IMG/VR virus record: IMGVR_UViG_3300030339_000017
Reading direction: 5' to 3' (one strand)
DNA from: an uncultured virus (IMG/VR IMGVR_UViG_3300030339_000017)
Lineage: Duplodnaviria > Heunggongvirae > Uroviricota > Caudoviricetes
DNA length: 64,000 nt
The notes under the pieces are model-generated. The model was not told the DNA's origin. It saw only the letters and a program-made list of their open reading frames with translations, and ran no database searches. Shown one piece after another: positions 1 through 10,636 of the stretch; the stretch's first letter is position 1, and every line of letters begins with the position of its first letter. A program made the translations under genes and the position numbers.

Positions 1-1029
1 TTTCAATACTCTATCGAATTCACGCATACCCATTTCTCCTGTGAAAGCTACAAACTTACGTTCGTTAGTTCCAAGGATGTTATAAGACATATCAAATAAG
101 AAGTCTTCTAACAAATCGGCAGTTAATGAGGTATAGTATCTACGATTTGCAGGTGCAATTTGTTGCAATAAACCAGCTCCAATATATACTGGACGACCAT
201 TTGTTCCCATCAATTCAGTAGTACCATCAGCCTGTGCATTATATTTGCTATAAACTAATTGACGTTCTTGACGTTTATTCCATTCACGAGCAGCTTTCCA
301 TTCTTGGAAGTCTGACCATAAATATGAAGTTTTACCAGATTTAGGATCTTTCAAAGCGATTGCTAATACAGTACTATATGCAGCTCCAGTAATATCATAA
401 GACAAACGTACAGTTGTCAAGTGGTTATGTAGTTTGATATGAGTATTGTAGTTTATGATATCAGCTTCTTCTGAGTATTCTTCATAGGCAGAACCTAAAC
501 GAGATACTTGACATCCATTCAGTAAATATTTACCAGGAACATAAGATGCAGATTGACCATCAGCTAAGAAACAAGTATAAACCCATTCATTACCATCTTG
601 ATAAGGGGCTCCAGATACACGTAATTGGAATTCTTTATCATCCAATTCGATTATAGCACCAGGACCAAACCATTTATCTTCAAGAGATATCATAATAGGA
701 GTATTTCCAAGACCAGCCTGAGTGGTAGGACTAGAAATAGGACTTCCATTCCACTTAGCAGAACGAATAGTTACAGCTCTATCAGAGTCGATCATTACTG
801 ACCATCTGAATTCACGTTGATCGATCACCATAGTCTTACCAAGACCACCAGTTAAGAAGTCCAAGTTAGAGCTATATCCATCATCTTTTACTCCAAATAC
901 GTAAGAAATTACGCTTGATACTTCGTGAGGTTTAACCAACAATGCGTTAGATAACATGTTTTCGTCAACTAAGTCTGAAAACCATTTACCCCTATAAAGT
1001 TGCAGGTTATTTAAAATTCCATTTTCCAT
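1..1029 (-). CDS. Major capsid protein (runs off the window at position 1)
   Basis: Not in ORF track. ATG at 1029, frame open to position 1: MENGILNNLQLYRGKWFSDLVDENMLSNAL...GSAYEEYSEEADIINY...GRPVYIGAGLLQQIAPANRRYY, typical Crassvirales MCP; downstream of terminase and portal. Confidence 0.9.
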   Translation of the reverse strand, partial: MENGILNNLQLYRGKWFSDLVDENMLSNALLVKPHEVSSVISYVFGVKDDGYSSNLDFLTGGLGKTMVIDQREFRWSVMIDSDRAVTIRSAKWNGSPISSPTTQAGLGNTPIMISLEDKWFGPGAIIELDDKEFQLRVSGAPYQDGNEWVYTCFLADGQSASYVPGKYLLNGCQVSRLGSAYEEYSEEADIINYNTHIKLHNHLTTVRLSYDITGAAYSTVLAIALKDPKSGKTSYLWSDFQEWKAAREWNKRQERQLVYSKYNAQADGTTELMGTNGRPVYIGAGLLQQIAPANRRYYTSLTADLLEDFLFDMSYNILGTNERKFVAFTGEMGMREFDRVLK

Positions 1030-1061
1030 ATATGTATAAAACTAAGTTTTATTATTTATTA

Positions 1062-2156
1062 TTAGGGCCTCTTTATTAGTTGTTGCGATGCTATTGACCA
1101 TAGTGGAGTCGCAGACCCATTGTTTATTGATTGTTTAGAACCACCAACTTTATTTGTTTTTAAAGAATTTCTTAGTCTCTGTGTGGCAGAGGTCTCTCCG
1201 TCTCTTTTAGCTTGGGCAATTAATGCGTCGCCTTTCCATGTAAAGTATGCAGATTCAATAAGATTTTTTGTGGCTGATTCAGAGTATTTTTTTTGATATC
1301 CAGTTTTACCATCCGGACCAACCTTCAATAGAAATTCAGTAAAAGGTCTCTTTTCTTCTTTAGGTATTTTTATGCCACGAACGTCAGAAAGTGTTTCTAT
1401 TTGCTGAACAACGTTGTTGTAAAATTTTTGTTGCTCCTCTTCCTGCTGCTGATATACAATTTTCTGATTCTCTAATAGCTCTTTTCGTTTTTGCTCTTTT
1501 GATTCTTTTAAGAATTCTATAGCATCTGTAGCCTCGTCCTCCAATAAGTCAGCATCTTCATATTTTTCTATTTTTTTACTGATTTGAGCTTCGGTAAATC
1601 CTTTTTCTGATAGAAATGTTCTTACCAATCCTTTTTGAGTGTCAACATCTTCTATATTTAAAGATTCGTAATTAACATCAGATCCAGTGTTTGAATAATA
1701 CTCAGACAGATTACCTCCGTTCTTAACAAACTCATCTAGAGCTGCTATTTCATCATTGGCATATCTTGGTACACTATTAGCCTCTACAGTATTTTTCATG
1801 TAGGCTACAAAATCATCTACAGATTTTGGCTTTTCATCATCAGCAATATCAGACCATCCAACTTGTTCTGCTAGTGCATCAAAGAATGCCAATACCTGTT
1901 CCTTTTCGGATTCATCCACTTCAGGAGTATCATCGGTTGACTCATCACTATTTTCCTCTTCAGTATTTTCATTCTCTTCAGTAGATTCTGGAGTGTTATC
2001 ATCTGTGGTATCTTCTTCAGTCTCTACTGATTGAGTGTCAGTGCTAGTATCATTTGGGTCTTGAATTACTTCTACTCCCTTTAATTTAATATCTTCATTA
2101 GGTGACAGTGTATCAAACAGAGCATCAAATCCACCTAGTACGTTATTTTTATCCAT
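1062..2156 (-). CDS. Acidic conserved head-module protein, possible scaffold
   Basis: 364 aa, very acidic N-terminus, coiled-coil C-terminus, directly upstream of MCP as in crAss-like phages. Confidence 0.7.
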   Translation of the reverse strand: MDKNNVLGGFDALFDTLSPNEDIKLKGVEVIQDPNDTSTDTQSVETEEDTTDDNTPESTEENENTEEENSDESTDDTPEVDESEKEQVLAFFDALAEQVGWSDIADDEKPKSVDDFVAYMKNTVEANSVPRYANDEIAALDEFVKNGGNLSEYYSNTGSDVNYESLNIEDVDTQKGLVRTFLSEKGFTEAQISKKIEKYEDADLLEDEATDAIEFLKESKEQKRKELLENQKIVYQQQEEEQQKFYNNVVQQIETLSDVRGIKIPKEEKRPFTEFLLKVGPDGKTGYQKKYSESATKNLIESAYFTWKGDALIAQAKRDGETSATQRLRNSLKTNKVGGSKQSINNGSATPLWSIASQQLIKRP

Positions 2157-2182
2157 AATTGTTATTTATCAATTGTATATTT

Positions 2183-3031
2183 TTACCAATTCAGCATATT
2201 AGTATTGTCCAGGGGAGATACTTTCTGAATTTGTTTTGTCTTATTTCTATTGTTAAACCAGCTCGCAAGACCTTCTGATTTATCATTTTTTGGTTGACTA
2301 TTTATATATGTACCATGTTGATTCATATATACCGGAGCAGAATTAAGATTGGTAGTATCTACCATGTTTCTTATGTCATTACTTTTCTTTAGTATATTGT
2401 CCCTCACATCAATAACTTCTTTCCCATACAGTGGAGTCTTTTTAAAATCTATATTACCACCGGGAGGGATTGGTACTCCATAATAACTATTTTGAGGACT
2501 ATCACTTCCATTAGCATTTATTTTCCCAAGTCCATTATATGCTTGTATTTGGTGCAACTCATCATTGTATCCCAAATTAATTGCCATGTCTCTTTTTTGT
2601 CCAATGGTATATACCATATCATCTGTAGAGGATTCAGCCTTATCTGGGTGTTCCTGACCATGAAATATGTGTCCTGGATTTTCTGGGGTCGTCTTTCCCA
2701 TGCCGGATTCAACATAACTTATCGCAAGCGGAGTCCAAGGGTCCTCGCCCCTCTTTTTAGACATTCTTATTATATCTATTGCTGTAGCGGTTGGATATGT
2801 CCCATATTTATAATCTCTATTCGGATCCATTTCCTTTCCAGTGGTAGCTCTAATCTTCCTATTGTCTTGAATATATATTGAACTTGGAGTGGGATTAGAG
2901 CCTTTTTTTCTATCTAGGGCATTGGATTGAATCGGTTGAATATTATTTGGAGTAGTAGATGGTATCGTTGATAATTTTTGAGTATACTCATCGCCATTAT
3001 CAATAATTTTATTATCTAATATAGGTTCCAT
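2183..3031 (-). CDS. Putative lytic transglycosylase (SLT/lysozyme-like) protein
   Basis: LAISYVESG and IQAYNGLG resemble SLT motifs I and III. Confidence 0.5.
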   Translation of the reverse strand: MEPILDNKIIDNGDEYTQKLSTIPSTTPNNIQPIQSNALDRKKGSNPTPSSIYIQDNRKIRATTGKEMDPNRDYKYGTYPTATAIDIIRMSKKRGEDPWTPLAISYVESGMGKTTPENPGHIFHGQEHPDKAESSTDDMVYTIGQKRDMAINLGYNDELHQIQAYNGLGKINANGSDSPQNSYYGVPIPPGGNIDFKKTPLYGKEVIDVRDNILKKSNDIRNMVDTTNLNSAPVYMNQHGTYINSQPKNDKSEGLASWFNNRNKTKQIQKVSPLDNTNMLNW

Positions 3032-3034
3032 AAC

Positions 3035-5593
3035 TTATCTCTCCCCTGATGTTTTATTTTTTATAGCAGTTTTAGTTTTGAGTCTCTCTCTCTCCATTGC
3101 GGCCTTGTCTTTCATCTCTTGCAACTTCTTTTGGGTTTCGAGTTTTTTATTCTCTAATGCAATCTTTTTATTATCAATAGCATTTTTTGACTGGGCAATG
3201 ACGGCGTCAGATTCTATTTTCTTAGATTCTAGATTTCCTCTAAATTGGATTTCTCTTTCTTTTTGTTCTCTATCCATGGTAGCATTCATTTTATCTGCCT
3301 CATGTTGATCTCTCTGTATCGCTACATTCGCAATTTCCATAGGATCAGGTATTCCATCGTTATTCAAATCCATATCCTGTTGACCCTTATATGCATTAAG
3401 TTCGGCTACAGTAATCTTAGTCTCATTATCAGTATCAATCTTATATTTCTCAAGATCCATTTTTTGTTGGTCAACTGCAATCTGCTGTTGTTTAACTTCG
3501 TTTTGAGCTTGGATCTGTTGCATTTGATTCTGCTGTTCTTGCTCTTGCTGCTGTTGCTGAGTCTGTAATTGGATCTGTGCTATTTTAGATAACTTAGCTT
3601 TTATCTGAGTAACATTGTCTAATGTCATAATCTCAGCAATATCCAATAGGGTAGCTCCATTTTGCATGGCTGGTTGATATAGAGTTTTTAATTGTTCTAT
3701 ATTTTGTTGATCCTTAGTCGAGTCAGAGACGAATATATCGTAGTCTTCATAGAAGAAGTTTTCAGATAGATTCATAAATGTTCTAGTAGAGTCATTAAAT
3801 ACGTATTGTATATTCTTTCTTCCAGATCCTCTCCATGCTTCTTTTGCTGTGTTCAATAGTATTCTAAGAGCATTCTTTTTGGCCTGATTATGTATCCAAA
3901 ATAACGGTTCAGTAATATTAGCTGATTGAGTTACAGATCTCTCTACATTCCCAACCAATTCGCTAGAACTAATCGCACCTTGTCGCTGTTTACTGATACC
4001 TGATATCTCTGATATCATATCCTCTATCTTAGACATAATATTTATGTACTCACTTATCACATTAGACATAGTAAGATCTAGTGCAGATATTTGATTAAAC
4101 TGGCTGGCCTTTCCACCCTCTCTGCCTGGAATATCCCATCCATCCTCATATGGATTAACAAAGTTTACGCCAACAGAAGATAAATAATGCATCCATTTTG
4201 CTGGATCTATATTCATTGATTTAGGTATTTGGGTAATATCCATAGTAATTACCTTGCCTTTATCTCTAGCTAATGCTAACTCAAGCCTATACCATATGAT
4301 GATATACATATATTGCAGGGGCTTCATAATAGAGACTAACGATCTCGATTGAGAGTTAGTATTACTATATATAACTCCAGAGTATGGTAGTTTTTGAGAA
4401 TTAGGATTATCTGTAGATATTGCCTGATATTCTAAAGGTTGAATTCCAATATATAAATCCTCTCCAACTCTATAACCTTCCCATACTTCAATTACCCACT
4501 TCCAATCTATTGATAATTCCTCTCCTGTTACCATATAGTCCTCACTGACAACGACCTGTTCTGGTTCTCCGTTATCACTAATGATAGTTACAAAACCTAT
4601 CTTTTTATATGATTTCCATACAGCGTGCCACATATTAACTTGAGTAGCACTATTTACATTATTGCTACCAACAGTATCTACTACTCTCATGTCAATATGA
4701 TTATAATCCATAGCAGATGGAAAATCTTTTCCATAGGCACCAGTATTTGGATTGCTTCCAATTAATTCAAGAAGAGCATCTAAATCTTTTTCATTCATTT
4801 TATCAAACAGCCTATCATATACCTCTGTATATGCCATTCTCATTCTTCTTACGGCCCAATCTCCATCTTCTATAAATTCTAGATCTGGAGACCTATCATG
4901 ACCAAAATACATTGGATTTACTCTTTCCAGATTAGGCTCACCATTCTGTATGCCCGTATAGTATACTTCTTTACCAGCAATTATAGCGTCTTTCCATCCT
5001 TTATGAAACTCATGGTTTAATCCAAGCTTTTCTTTTAAGTAAGCCAAGGAGTGATATGCGCAATCTTCTGCTATATCCTTATAACTTTCCCCTATAAACG
5101 ATGCTATTTTTTCTGGTGGAGCGATTTCTCCTGATTGCAACTTTTCTTGAAACTGTTGAGCTGCTTCTGGAGTCATTCCTGCCATGAATTCTTCCATTAC
5201 ATAGTCAGTTATCATCTGTTTCATTTTGTCCTGAACGTCAGAAACAGCATCCTGGCTAGTTCTAATTACTCTGAAGTTAAATGGTCTTTTCGTCTCCTCT
5301 CCAAGAAGTAAATCAATTTTAGGTCTTATTATATTAAAGTCTTGAGGAGATGCAGGGAACCCATCCTCTTGAATAAATGGGTCAGTCACATATTTCAATT
5401 CCTCTACATGAAATACACTATTGTATAGATCATAATAGGATTGCATCTCTTCAAAATTAGTCCTTTCTGCTCCAGAAGGTACTGTCTCTCCCATACCAAT
5501 TATGTAATCGACACAGGCCTCTTTCCATTCATCAGTCTTCTTTTTAAATGGAAGTTTTTGAGGAGGGAACATTGTTGTAGCGTTATTTAGCAT
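3035..5593 (-). CDS. Portal protein
   Basis: 852 aa; FPPQKLPFKKK N-terminus, NIIRPKIDLLLGEE, Q-rich coiled-coil tail; adjacent to terminase. Confidence 0.9.
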   Translation of the reverse strand: MLNNATTMFPPQKLPFKKKTDEWKEACVDYIIGMGETVPSGAERTNFEEMQSYYDLYNSVFHVEELKYVTDPFIQEDGFPASPQDFNIIRPKIDLLLGEETKRPFNFRVIRTSQDAVSDVQDKMKQMITDYVMEEFMAGMTPEAAQQFQEKLQSGEIAPPEKIASFIGESYKDIAEDCAYHSLAYLKEKLGLNHEFHKGWKDAIIAGKEVYYTGIQNGEPNLERVNPMYFGHDRSPDLEFIEDGDWAVRRMRMAYTEVYDRLFDKMNEKDLDALLELIGSNPNTGAYGKDFPSAMDYNHIDMRVVDTVGSNNVNSATQVNMWHAVWKSYKKIGFVTIISDNGEPEQVVVSEDYMVTGEELSIDWKWVIEVWEGYRVGEDLYIGIQPLEYQAISTDNPNSQKLPYSGVIYSNTNSQSRSLVSIMKPLQYMYIIIWYRLELALARDKGKVITMDITQIPKSMNIDPAKWMHYLSSVGVNFVNPYEDGWDIPGREGGKASQFNQISALDLTMSNVISEYINIMSKIEDMISEISGISKQRQGAISSSELVGNVERSVTQSANITEPLFWIHNQAKKNALRILLNTAKEAWRGSGRKNIQYVFNDSTRTFMNLSENFFYEDYDIFVSDSTKDQQNIEQLKTLYQPAMQNGATLLDIAEIMTLDNVTQIKAKLSKIAQIQLQTQQQQQEQEQQNQMQQIQAQNEVKQQQIAVDQQKMDLEKYKIDTDNETKITVAELNAYKGQQDMDLNNDGIPDPMEIANVAIQRDQHEADKMNATMDREQKEREIQFRGNLESKKIESDAVIAQSKNAIDNKKIALENKKLETQKKLQEMKDKAAMERERLKTKTAIKNKTSGER

Positions 5594-5608
5594 TTTATGT
5601 TTGTGTTT

Positions 5609-7678
5609 TTAAATCCAATTAGTTTCGTGATCGCCAGTATCAATATCATTTAAACTACCATATGATCGGTTGAACCAATCTTTAGAGAATAAAGGCAAAT
5701 CAAATAAATCATTCTTTTTATAATCTTCTGTCTTCTTTTTTACATGAAGATTGTGTAATTGCTGTCTATATATCATTAGACATTGGAAGGCTCTTATTCT
5801 ATCAAAGTTGCCTTTATCATTATACTGTATTAATTCTTCTAGTAAAGGTTCTGATAATATCCTAGTAAGGTTTTTCTTGTTTGGGGCATATTCCTCATTT
5901 AACCATTCTTTTATCAATCCTTCACTATAGTCTATTATCTGGGTAGTCATGTGAATACCCTTTCTCCTTTGCACAGTAGACTTTCCAATTATATCAGATA
6001 TAATGTCTGGTTGATCAGCTAGAAGGTAGTCACAATGCTTTTGAGTAAAATATGGGAATATACCCTTTCTCTCGTTTTCGTATAAGAGTCTAGCGTTATA
6101 ATACTGCAAAAGCGTTCTTACGTTCTCATAATACTCCTCTGCAGTATCTGGCCTACCAGTATATTCTGCAACTATAATATCATAATACTCCTCAAAGTTC
6201 TGAAATCTTTTGTATATAAATGTAGACCCCAGTGATTGCGTTCCGGCCTTATCATGATCATACGGATCGCAACCAGCTATGTATAATTGTCCAGATGTAT
6301 CTTTACTGGGATGTTCCCATATTACTATAGATCCCTCGTGTTTATCGTCTCTACCCAATGGATACTTAGTTATGTCACCATTCTTTTTTATAGTCCACAT
6401 TAATTCTCCATTTACATAACTTAGATCTCCGACTTGTTTATACGCCTGAAGTTTTTTATTAGTCCTAATAGCCGCCAACTGAGCCATCAATTCCTTCTTT
6501 GGAAATATATTACCAGTAAGTTCTAATACGGCTTCCTGTGGAGTAAGTGGATTCTCAGCAATATATCTATCTATTGCCCTGGTATCAGAAGCTCCATCTA
6601 TTACTTTCTGTCTTTCAGATAATGCATATTCGATAGCTTTTGATTTTATACTATTTCCATTCTTATCCATATATAGACGCTTTCCGTCTAATCCTAGTAC
6701 AGACATGTTGGCATATACAGGGACAAAGAATGCACATTGACTTGCATCAGCTCCATCATCCCATACATTTGAGAATGATTTTACATTATAACCAGATGGG
6801 TTATAGAACATTTCTTTAAGTCCATCAAACCTACTCCCCTCATCTCCTCCAGTACCAAACGCAATCATTAATCCAAACGCAACACCGTCTTCTTCTACAG
6901 AAGGTCTAGCTATTTGCCATGCCTGTAATATATCCTTAAAAGACCCAGCCTCTTCCCATAAAATCAATTTACCACGCTTTCCACGAGCTCTATTTGGGTC
7001 GTTCTTTAGTGTAACTCCAATGATTTCAGATTTGTATCCAATTTCAATATCATTGCCCATTTCATCTTTAGTAAGGATAGACGCCCTTCTGTGAATGGCC
7101 TTATTTACTGCCTGTCTTTTCTTTGACCATGCAGTATGCTCATCTATGAAGGCCATTAAGTCCCATGCCTTAGTTAATAGTCCGTCCCTAACCAAATACT
7201 CAGTCTCAGATGCAATTGCATATGATTTAGAATCGGGAATAAGAAAGAAGTTTCTACATAACATGGAACTCCCTTTGAAGGAATACCCAGCACCACGTTT
7301 CTTTAGAACGACCATATGCTTTCCTTCCTCTTCTGCTTCATCTATCGCACTAAAATAATAGTAGTCATAGTCATAGAAGTCTGGAAACTCTCTAGTCTTC
7401 TCTCTCCTTTTCTTTATTTTCCCGTGCCTATCTTTATATGTAAATTCTACAAGCCTTAATATAGGGCAATAATTTAAGTAAAAGTAGTTATATCCGCTTA
7501 TCCAATCACCATCCTCTGACTCGTACCCATTAATACATCTTTCCTCTTCTTTGTGCCAATAGTCAAGATATTCCGTAGTCCCTTGAGGCGCGAAACAGTA
7601 AAGGCCATGCTCCTGGTAGTGGAGCGCAGCCTTTCGAAACTTATTTGAATTTGTTACCTTCTTCCTAAAGTCGATCAT
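5609..7678 (-). CDS. terL: Terminase large subunit
   Basis: Walker A-like KKRGAGYS, Walker B LILWEEAG, FGTGG, nuclease motifs GCDPYDHD and GNFDR. Confidence 0.93.
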   Translation of the reverse strand: MIDFRKKVTNSNKFRKAALHYQEHGLYCFAPQGTTEYLDYWHKEEERCINGYESEDGDWISGYNYFYLNYCPILRLVEFTYKDRHGKIKKRREKTREFPDFYDYDYYYFSAIDEAEEEGKHMVVLKKRGAGYSFKGSSMLCRNFFLIPDSKSYAIASETEYLVRDGLLTKAWDLMAFIDEHTAWSKKRQAVNKAIHRRASILTKDEMGNDIEIGYKSEIIGVTLKNDPNRARGKRGKLILWEEAGSFKDILQAWQIARPSVEEDGVAFGLMIAFGTGGDEGSRFDGLKEMFYNPSGYNVKSFSNVWDDGADASQCAFFVPVYANMSVLGLDGKRLYMDKNGNSIKSKAIEYALSERQKVIDGASDTRAIDRYIAENPLTPQEAVLELTGNIFPKKELMAQLAAIRTNKKLQAYKQVGDLSYVNGELMWTIKKNGDITKYPLGRDDKHEGSIVIWEHPSKDTSGQLYIAGCDPYDHDKAGTQSLGSTFIYKRFQNFEEYYDIIVAEYTGRPDTAEEYYENVRTLLQYYNARLLYENERKGIFPYFTQKHCDYLLADQPDIISDIIGKSTVQRRKGIHMTTQIIDYSEGLIKEWLNEEYAPNKKNLTRILSEPLLEELIQYNDKGNFDRIRAFQCLMIYRQQLHNLHVKKKTEDYKKNDLFDLPLFSKDWFNRSYGSLNDIDTGDHETNWI

Positions 7679-7691
7679 TACTGTTTATAGG

Positions 7692-7958
7692 TTATTTTCT
7701 TTTGAAAAGAGAAATAAATTTATAGTAGGTTGATTTTATCTTACTAATAAATTTATTAGCGTCTTTCTTTTTATCAACAACAATTACTTGTTCTACTTCT
7801 TTTGGTTTATTAACTACAGTTTTTGGTTTGTTGTAGTATCTCTTTTTTGATTTAGGTGTTTTTGTAACAACATCAGTATTTACTGGAGTTACTATGTCAG
7901 TTGCTGTAACTTCAGCAGCCTTATTGGCAGTGACATTTCTACTATCTACTTGTATCAT
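7692..7958 (-). CDS. Hypothetical basic protein
   Basis: 88 aa ORF in operon orientation. Confidence 0.6.
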   Translation of the reverse strand: MIQVDSRNVTANKAAEVTATDIVTPVNTDVVTKTPKSKKRYYNKPKTVVNKPKEVEQVIVVDKKKDANKFISKIKSTYYKFISLFKRK

Positions 7959-7981
7959 TATTTATATAATTAATTTGTATG

Positions 7982-8197
7982 TTAAACGTTATTATTATCG
8001 TTTTGTTTTATTTCATGCTGTTTAGAATACAACCCTTTTAATGCCAGTGTCATTCTGTCTCTGGAACCTAATACACTTATTTCCATTCTATCTAATTTCT
8101 TATATAGAATCATTGCTACAGTTAATAACTGTATCTGAATTACTATAAAAACTGTTATTAGTAATCCACCTATTTGTTGATATTCGGTTATTTGCAT
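7982..8197 (-). CDS. Small membrane protein
   Basis: One hydrophobic N-terminal helix. Confidence 0.55.
   Translation of the reverse strand: MQITEYQQIGGLLITVFIVIQIQLLTVAMILYKKLDRMEISVLGSRDRMTLALKGLYSKQHEIKQNDNNNV
7983..8008 (-). promoter_or_regulatory. Putative ECF-type late promoter (AAC-N16-CGTTT)
   Basis: Minus strand AAACaaaacgataataataaCGTTTA, upstream of ORF 7958 and terL. Confidence 0.55.
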
Positions 8198-8205
8198 GAT
8201 ATTAT

Positions 8206-8595
8206 TTAATTTATTCTCATTGTATCGAAGTACATTTCTTTACTTTCTATTAATTTCTTTATATTCTTCTGAGTATCACTCAGTTTAGATTCTCCTGATT
8301 TTATTTCTAAAAATACTATCTTATCGTCTTCGAATATTACATAGTCTATTGGATTGCCTAGGAAATGACATTTCTTTGGATTATACTTAAACTCCTTTAA
8401 AAATGGCGCTAAATTCTCTGATATTTGTCCAAGTCTAACTTCAGATGACTTCTTTTGTGACAATAGTCTATCATATGCCAGTCTAGATTTCTTTACTTCT
8501 AATCTGGCCTTTATCAATTGAGTGGCTAGTAATAAGCATATACCTATTACTAATATACTTGATAATGTATATCCTATTATAATATTGCTATCCAT
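8206..8595 (-). CDS. Membrane-anchored PD-(D/E)XK endonuclease (Endonuc_Holl-like)
   Basis: N-terminal TM; GQISENLAPF...FLGNPIDYVIF...FLEIKSG. Confidence 0.8.
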   Translation of the reverse strand: MDSNIIIGYTLSSILVIGICLLLATQLIKARLEVKKSRLAYDRLLSQKKSSEVRLGQISENLAPFLKEFKYNPKKCHFLGNPIDYVIFEDDKIVFLEIKSGESKLSDTQKNIKKLIESKEMYFDTMRIN

Positions 8596-9005
8596 ACTCC
8601 AGGGTTTTCTTTATCGACTGAATACCATTTATCATCTATTTGCATAGGAAATGGAAGTATACAATCCATATTGTCATCATCTATTATATCAAATGCTACC
8701 ATTAAGTCAAATACTATTTGGCATATATTGTGAAAATCAAACTTCGTCTTTGTCTGACGGACAAAGTGTACGCCAATTTTTATAGGACGTTGTTCTATAT
8801 GAGAAGAAATCAATTCTTTTATCTCTTGCATCGGGAAGACACATGGCCTCGTTTTGTAGTAGGAGACCTCTTTTCTCGACACTGAGTAGTGTTGTATTCC
8901 CATTTCTCTTAGGAATTTCCCAACTGTCTTCGAATGGAATACTCCTTTTGAAGTCGCTACTTTTGAATTCTTTGAACTCGGTATATTTCCCTTTATAAAC
9001 ACCAT
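8577..9005 (-). CDS. RusA-like Holliday junction resolvase
   Basis: GNIPSSKNS...DFHN...DLM...IIDDDN pattern of the RusA family. Confidence 0.65.
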   Translation of the reverse strand: MVFIKGNIPSSKNSKVATSKGVFHSKTVGKFLREMGIQHYSVSRKEVSYYKTRPCVFPMQEIKELISSHIEQRPIKIGVHFVRQTKTKFDFHNICQIVFDLMVAFDIIDDDNMDCILPFPMQIDDKWYSVDKENPGVWIAIL

Positions 9006-9124
9006 AACTTATCACTTTTCTTCCTTTTACTTTAAATACAAAAATGCCATCAACTTTAACACCATCTATAATTGGATTTTTTACTTTATATAGGTCGATA
9101 TTAAGTATGTCCGTGTCATACCAT

Positions 9125-9388
9125 TTATCTGATAATACTAAGTCCATCGTTATCATACTTCTCTATCATTTTAGATTCAAATTGTTTCAATATAGAATAT
9201 AGATTGCCCTCGTACTCCATCATCACTTCTTCTGGTAGTGTTATCTTTCCATTTAACAGCCCTAGATATGAGAATCTTTCTTCTTTAGTCATCTTATCCC
9301 ATATCTTAGTAAATGGATTCTTACTATTCTCATTAACTATCTTTTTAATAGTCTTATGTTTCTGTTTAAGTCTTTTTAATGAATCCAT
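9125..9388 (-). CDS. Hypothetical protein
   Basis: 87 aa, coupled to upstream ORF. Confidence 0.6.
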   Translation of the reverse strand: MDSLKRLKQKHKTIKKIVNENSKNPFTKIWDKMTKEERFSYLGLLNGKITLPEEVMMEYEGNLYSILKQFESKMIEKYDNDGLSIIR

Positions 9389-9924
9389 TACCTTTGTTTT
9401 GGTATTTCAAAATGACCTATCTCACTACCTCCCTGTACTCTGGTTGATTCCATCTCTTCTTTACGTACCTGTTTCTCTAATGAAGTGATAGATTTAATTG
9501 TCTTATCCAATTGCCCAGCCGCAGTTAATGCCTCTTTAACAGTCTTCATATCTAATGAACCAGTTATAATACTATTTAAATAGCCACTAATTGCTGCAAT
9601 TGCATTCCTAAATCCAGTCAACAACTGAAGTAGCAAAGTGTCTAAGAACTCTTTATATGAAGTCTCAGCGTATAGTATATCTTCTGTAGGTTCCCATCCT
9701 TCTTCAAAATATTCAGAACGAAGTTTTTTATCTCTGTATTCCAATGGCATTGATATGACATATGGACTATCTGGATGATATTTAAAGAATATATAGTCTA
9801 TATACTTCATAGCAATGTCTTTATCATCATACATATCCCATATTCTTTTGAAACATGGGATTGCCAATGTATCCTGATGAATTACTACCTTGCCGCCTAC
9901 AATATCTGCTAGTTTATTATTCAT
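9388..9924 (-). CDS. Conserved Crassvirales-type protein
   Basis: 178 aa with YIFF..HPDSPY and terminal RVQGG. Confidence 0.6.
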   Translation of the reverse strand: MNNKLADIVGGKVVIHQDTLAIPCFKRIWDMYDDKDIAMKYIDYIFFKYHPDSPYVISMPLEYRDKKLRSEYFEEGWEPTEDILYAETSYKEFLDTLLLQLLTGFRNAIAAISGYLNSIITGSLDMKTVKEALTAAGQLDKTIKSITSLEKQVRKEEMESTRVQGGSEIGHFEIPKQR

Positions 9925-10408
9925 TTACTATTTCTACTGAATTTTCAACTTTCGCATCTTCTGGAACAGAATCAACTTCTTCTATTTTTCCATCCAAGAT
10001 TTTAGATTCTTTTACTTTTACATCCATCTCTAATTCATTAATTTCAATCTTAGGGAGTTCAAATATAATTATTTTAGCGAATACCTCGCCTGCTTCATAG
10101 ATTGCTGGAATTGAGTCTGTATTAGTTTTAAATCTTGCAATAAGTTCTACTGGTTTACCTGAAAAGAATGTTGCTACAGAGTTAGTAAGAGCCAATGATC
10201 TGGCATACGCTGTATCATCTATAAATAACGCTGCTACATAACCTTCTGGAACTTCTATTTCAATTCCTGTTCTATACTCCAATACCAATCTACCATCCTT
10301 ACCAGCCCCTGTAGCTATTGCAGTACATGTTAAGTTAAATGAGTTACCATCAGTATTAATAACTGGAAGAACCGCTTTTTCGTCTAATTTCTTTAAATTT
10401 AATTGCAT
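9917..10408 (-). CDS. dUTPase-like protein, divergent
   Basis: KKLDEKAVLP...YRTGIEIEVPEGY...LTNSV...YEAGE; several catalytic motifs degenerate. Confidence 0.7.
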   Translation of the reverse strand: MQLNLKKLDEKAVLPVINTDGNSFNLTCTAIATGAGKDGRLVLEYRTGIEIEVPEGYVAALFIDDTAYARSLALTNSVATFFSGKPVELIARFKTNTDSIPAIYEAGEVFAKIIIFELPKIEINELEMDVKVKESKILDGKIEEVDSVPEDAKVENSVEIVNE

Positions 10409-10462
10409 ATATTTTGTTTTTTTAGTATCGGTCGCAAACTAGTTACGACCTATACATTCTAT

Positions 10463-10624
10463 TTATTTCTTATGATTCCATTTAGATGCATTTTGTGCAA
10501 ATACAGCCCTCTTCTTTGTGACTGGATTACTGGAATGAGTTAATTGCTCTGTAGTTTTACCAGTAACTTTTTTAGTTGCAGTAAATTTACCAACATTTTC
10601 TTTCTTTATATGTATCTTATCCAT
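10463..10624 (-). CDS. Small basic protein (53 aa)
   Basis: Not in ORF track: MDKIHIKKENVGKFTATKKVTGKTTEQLTHSSNPVTKKRAVFAQNASKWNHKK. Confidence 0.7.
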   Translation of the reverse strand: MDKIHIKKENVGKFTATKKVTGKTTEQLTHSSNPVTKKRAVFAQNASKWNHKK

Positions 10625-10636
10625 ACTATTTAGTTG

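Noticed and set aside
2140..2163. Additional ECF-type promoter
   Set aside because: 18-nt spacing, overlaps the start codon and lacks CGTT
8737..9156. 139-aa ORF as a full gene
   Set aside because: Mostly overlaps the RusA-like gene in another frame; only its 5' part fills a gap, so left uncalled
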